Positions 30,210 to 32,000 of a DNA stretch of 32,000 nt are shown here, one piece after another. The stretch lies in contig NZ_CP042905.2 in assembly GCF_008000775.2 (NCBI RefSeq), positions 4,080,001 to 4,112,000 of the forward strand. Reading direction: 5' to 3'. The notes below the pieces were generated by a model, which did no database searches, was not told the DNA's origin, and worked only from the letters and a program-made list of their open reading frames with translations. The position numbers were made by a program, and so were the translations under genes. Every line of letters starts with the position of its first letter. Within the stretch, counting starts at the first letter, position 1. This DNA comes from Promethearchaeum syntrophicum. Lineage in GTDB: Archaea; Asgardarchaeota; Lokiarchaeia; Sigyniarchaeales; Promethearchaeaceae.

Positions 30210-30986
30210 ATGACACTTATTGATGAGTATGCAAATCAGATATTTCCGCTTATCAGGAAATGCAAGAAATGTCGTAGGTTACGATTAAGGAATTTACCTC
30301 ATGAGTGTGCTTTGATTGGACAGAATTATGAACATTCACCAATCCGGTTATTGATTATTGGAAAGGCTCCAAATGCAGATAATGACACAAGAGAAGCTAG
30401 AGCAAATAATGAACTTCCTAAGGAATATTCTTCATATTCTCAATTTTTAACAGTAGAAGGTCTTCGATTTTCTGAATATGAACCTCTACACCATGCAGAT
30501 CACTACTGCACAATTTCAAATATTCTTTCCCAAATAACCAATCAATCTCCTCAATTTTCATTTACCATGGACAATATCACCTTTACAAATCTTACACATT
30601 GCTATAACAAAAGTAAAAAGAGGTGGAATGATCAAACTCAGGTAAAAAAAATGATCAAAAAGTGTAAACTGCACTTCTATCATGAATTCGAATTACTTAA
30701 ACCTCAATTAGTCATTGGCTTAGGCGAAGAAGCTAGAGAGTGTTTTATAAAACTGGGAAAAAACGAAAGCAATCATTTACTCACGATAGAATATCATGAA
30801 AAAATAAGAAATGCAGATTACTATTACACCCTTGATAACACGAGAAAATCATGCTTGTTTATGTCGTTTTACCATCCTTCTTATTTATCAACATATGGTC
30901 GTAATAAAAGAGCTGATTATCGGGCAGAATTTGACCAAAAAATATCTGTAATCGTTAATTTTCTTCGAAGAACTTCAACAAGATAA
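30210..30986 (+). CDS. Uracil-DNA glycosylase superfamily (family 4/5-like) protein with a putative 4Fe-4S cysteine quartet
   Basis: N-terminal KCKKCRRLR, LLIIGKAPNADNDTREA at the GEAPG position, FTNLTHCYNKSKKRWND...KKMIKKC, LKPQLVIGLGEEA. Confidence 0.7.
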   Translation: MTLIDEYANQIFPLIRKCKKCRRLRLRNLPHECALIGQNYEHSPIRLLIIGKAPNADNDTREARANNELPKEYSSYSQFLTVEGLRFSEYEPLHHADHYCTISNILSQITNQSPQFSFTMDNITFTNLTHCYNKSKKRWNDQTQVKKMIKKCKLHFYHEFELLKPQLVIGLGEEARECFIKLGKNESNHLLTIEYHEKIRNADYYYTLDNTRKSCLFMSFYHPSYLSTYGRNKRADYRAEFDQKISVIVNFLRRTSTR

Positions 30987-31091
30987 AATTTCCTTCGTGA
31001 AATACTTAAAATAGGCGTAGCCGGCCGATCTCAATAGAGCGAGTGTTTGGACTGGAAAAGGTTTGTTTCCTTTTGGATCTTGAACAATTTT

Positions 31092-31298
31092 TTAATTTAA
31101 TTCATTCAAAATCTGACTTTCTGGAAAATTATCTATATTATTATTCGAAGTCTCTTCAAATTCGGATTTTTTCCTTGAGAATGTTAAATTTGGGAATTTT
31201 TGATCTATATTCAAATAAGAACGCAATGCATCAATAATTGGATAGTTCTCAGAAATTGAAAGGAAAGTGCCTTCCGAATCTAAATTATTATTTTTCAT
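31092..31298 (-). CDS. Possible small hypothetical protein (68 aa)
   Basis: Intact short ORF with a purine-rich stretch upstream. No recognised domain. Confidence 0.3.
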   Translation of the reverse strand: MKNNNLDSEGTFLSISENYPIIDALRSYLNIDQKFPNLTFSRKKSEFEETSNNNIDNFPESQILNELN

Positions 31299-31397
31299 TC
31301 ATATAAGGGGAGATTTTTTCCATTTTTATCCGCATAGTTCAGATTCTTAGAATCATTCAAAAAAAAAAAATTGGAAAAAAAATACCCTTTCATTAAA

Positions 31398-31565
31398 TTA
31401 CAATTTCTCTAGTTTTCTTTTTGCTCTTTTTGCTTCTTCTTCTAATTCACGTGCTTTTCTACGTAGTTCTCTCTCAGCAGCTTGAATTTTATATCTTTGA
31501 GATCGAAGCTTGCTTTGAGCTGATCTCAATTTGCTCCGATATGATGATGCATTGAAACGTACCAT
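31398..31565 (-). CDS. Small basic coiled-coil protein (55 aa), not in the supplied ORF track
   Basis: Translates to MVRFNASSYRSKLRSAQSKLRSQRYKIQAAERELRRKARELEEEAKRAKRKLEKL, with strong heptad-like charge patterning. Confidence 0.5.
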   Translation of the reverse strand: MVRFNASSYRSKLRSAQSKLRSQRYKIQAAERELRRKARELEEEAKRAKRKLEKL

Positions 31566-32000
31566 AATGATAGCTTAGATACAACACAGATATTTAAACC
31601 TCTCCAAATTATCGTCAACCTAGGCCTACATTTCGTTTCAATCCGACAAAATTATTACATTTAATTTAACTTCCAAAAGAAAAAGTATTGGGAATTATCT
31701 GGTCATAGAGGAAATAAGGTTTTCCAAAACATCACTAATCTAAAATGGGGTAGGCTTTTGAATCGTTTAATTGCATAATATTATAATATTATAATTTAAA
31801 TAATAAGAAGAAAAATAAAGAAATTCTCATAAAATTCTAATCCAATACCATTCCTTTCTTTGATTTTTTAGTCTTTGAAGATTTCTTGAAAGGTATTTTC
31901 TTTCTTTCCAGAATAAATATCATAAACGCAATATTTGCAGAATAAAAGGAAGTGATTTTCAAAATAAAGAAGTGGTATGGTGCATCTCCGATCCTAGCCA

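Noticed and set aside
30987-31090. Locally more GC-rich stretch (ggcgtagccggccgatctc) considered as a tRNA or ncRNA
   Set aside because: No cloverleaf or anticodon arm could be drawn by eye. tRNAscan-SE or Infernal would be needed.

Overview
This 32 kb AT-rich window reads as a dense anti-mobile-element (defense) island. The host looks archaeal (possibly Asgard-like), but taxonomy cannot be proven from this window. From left to right: (1) the C-terminal end of an Eco57I/DISARM-type adenine methyltransferase, translationally coupled (ATGA) to a 1802-aa DEAD/DEAH helicase with DUF1998-type zinc-ribbon/C-terminal motifs and a terminal PD-(D/E)XK/Vsr-like nuclease domain; (2) an 850-aa methylase-like protein whose NPPY catalytic motif is replaced by NIIS, fused to an HsdS-like target-recognition region and a C-terminal HEPN-like RNPSAHGE motif; (3) two minus-strand genes, one possibly a membrane-anchored GIY-YIG nuclease; (4) an 816-aa TPR protein ending in the matching HEPN-like RNPSDHGE motif, followed by a winged-helix/Hanks-type Ser/Thr kinase; (5) a Gabija-like pair (OLD/TOPRIM nuclease plus UvrD helicase); (6) a graveyard of methyltransferase and hydrolase fragments; (7) a prokaryotic viperin (radical SAM) gene 2 nt downstream of a Zc3h12a/Regnase-like PIN RNase gene; (8) divergent CARF-like sensor genes, one fused to wHTH, the other heading an operon CARF-like / COG1112 SF1 helicase / unknown wHTH protein / PLD nuclease (Mokosh-like core with a CARF-like sensor), followed by a 4Fe-4S UDG-superfamily protein. 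A short dispersed motif (GAATGAAATGACAT and variants) recurs in several intergenic regions. The strongest candidates for undescribed biology are the CARF-headed Mokosh-like operon, the PIN-viperin pair, and the pseudo-methylase-TRD-HEPN protein together with the TPR-HEPN/kinase locus. All family assignments are motif recognition by eye, with no database searches run.
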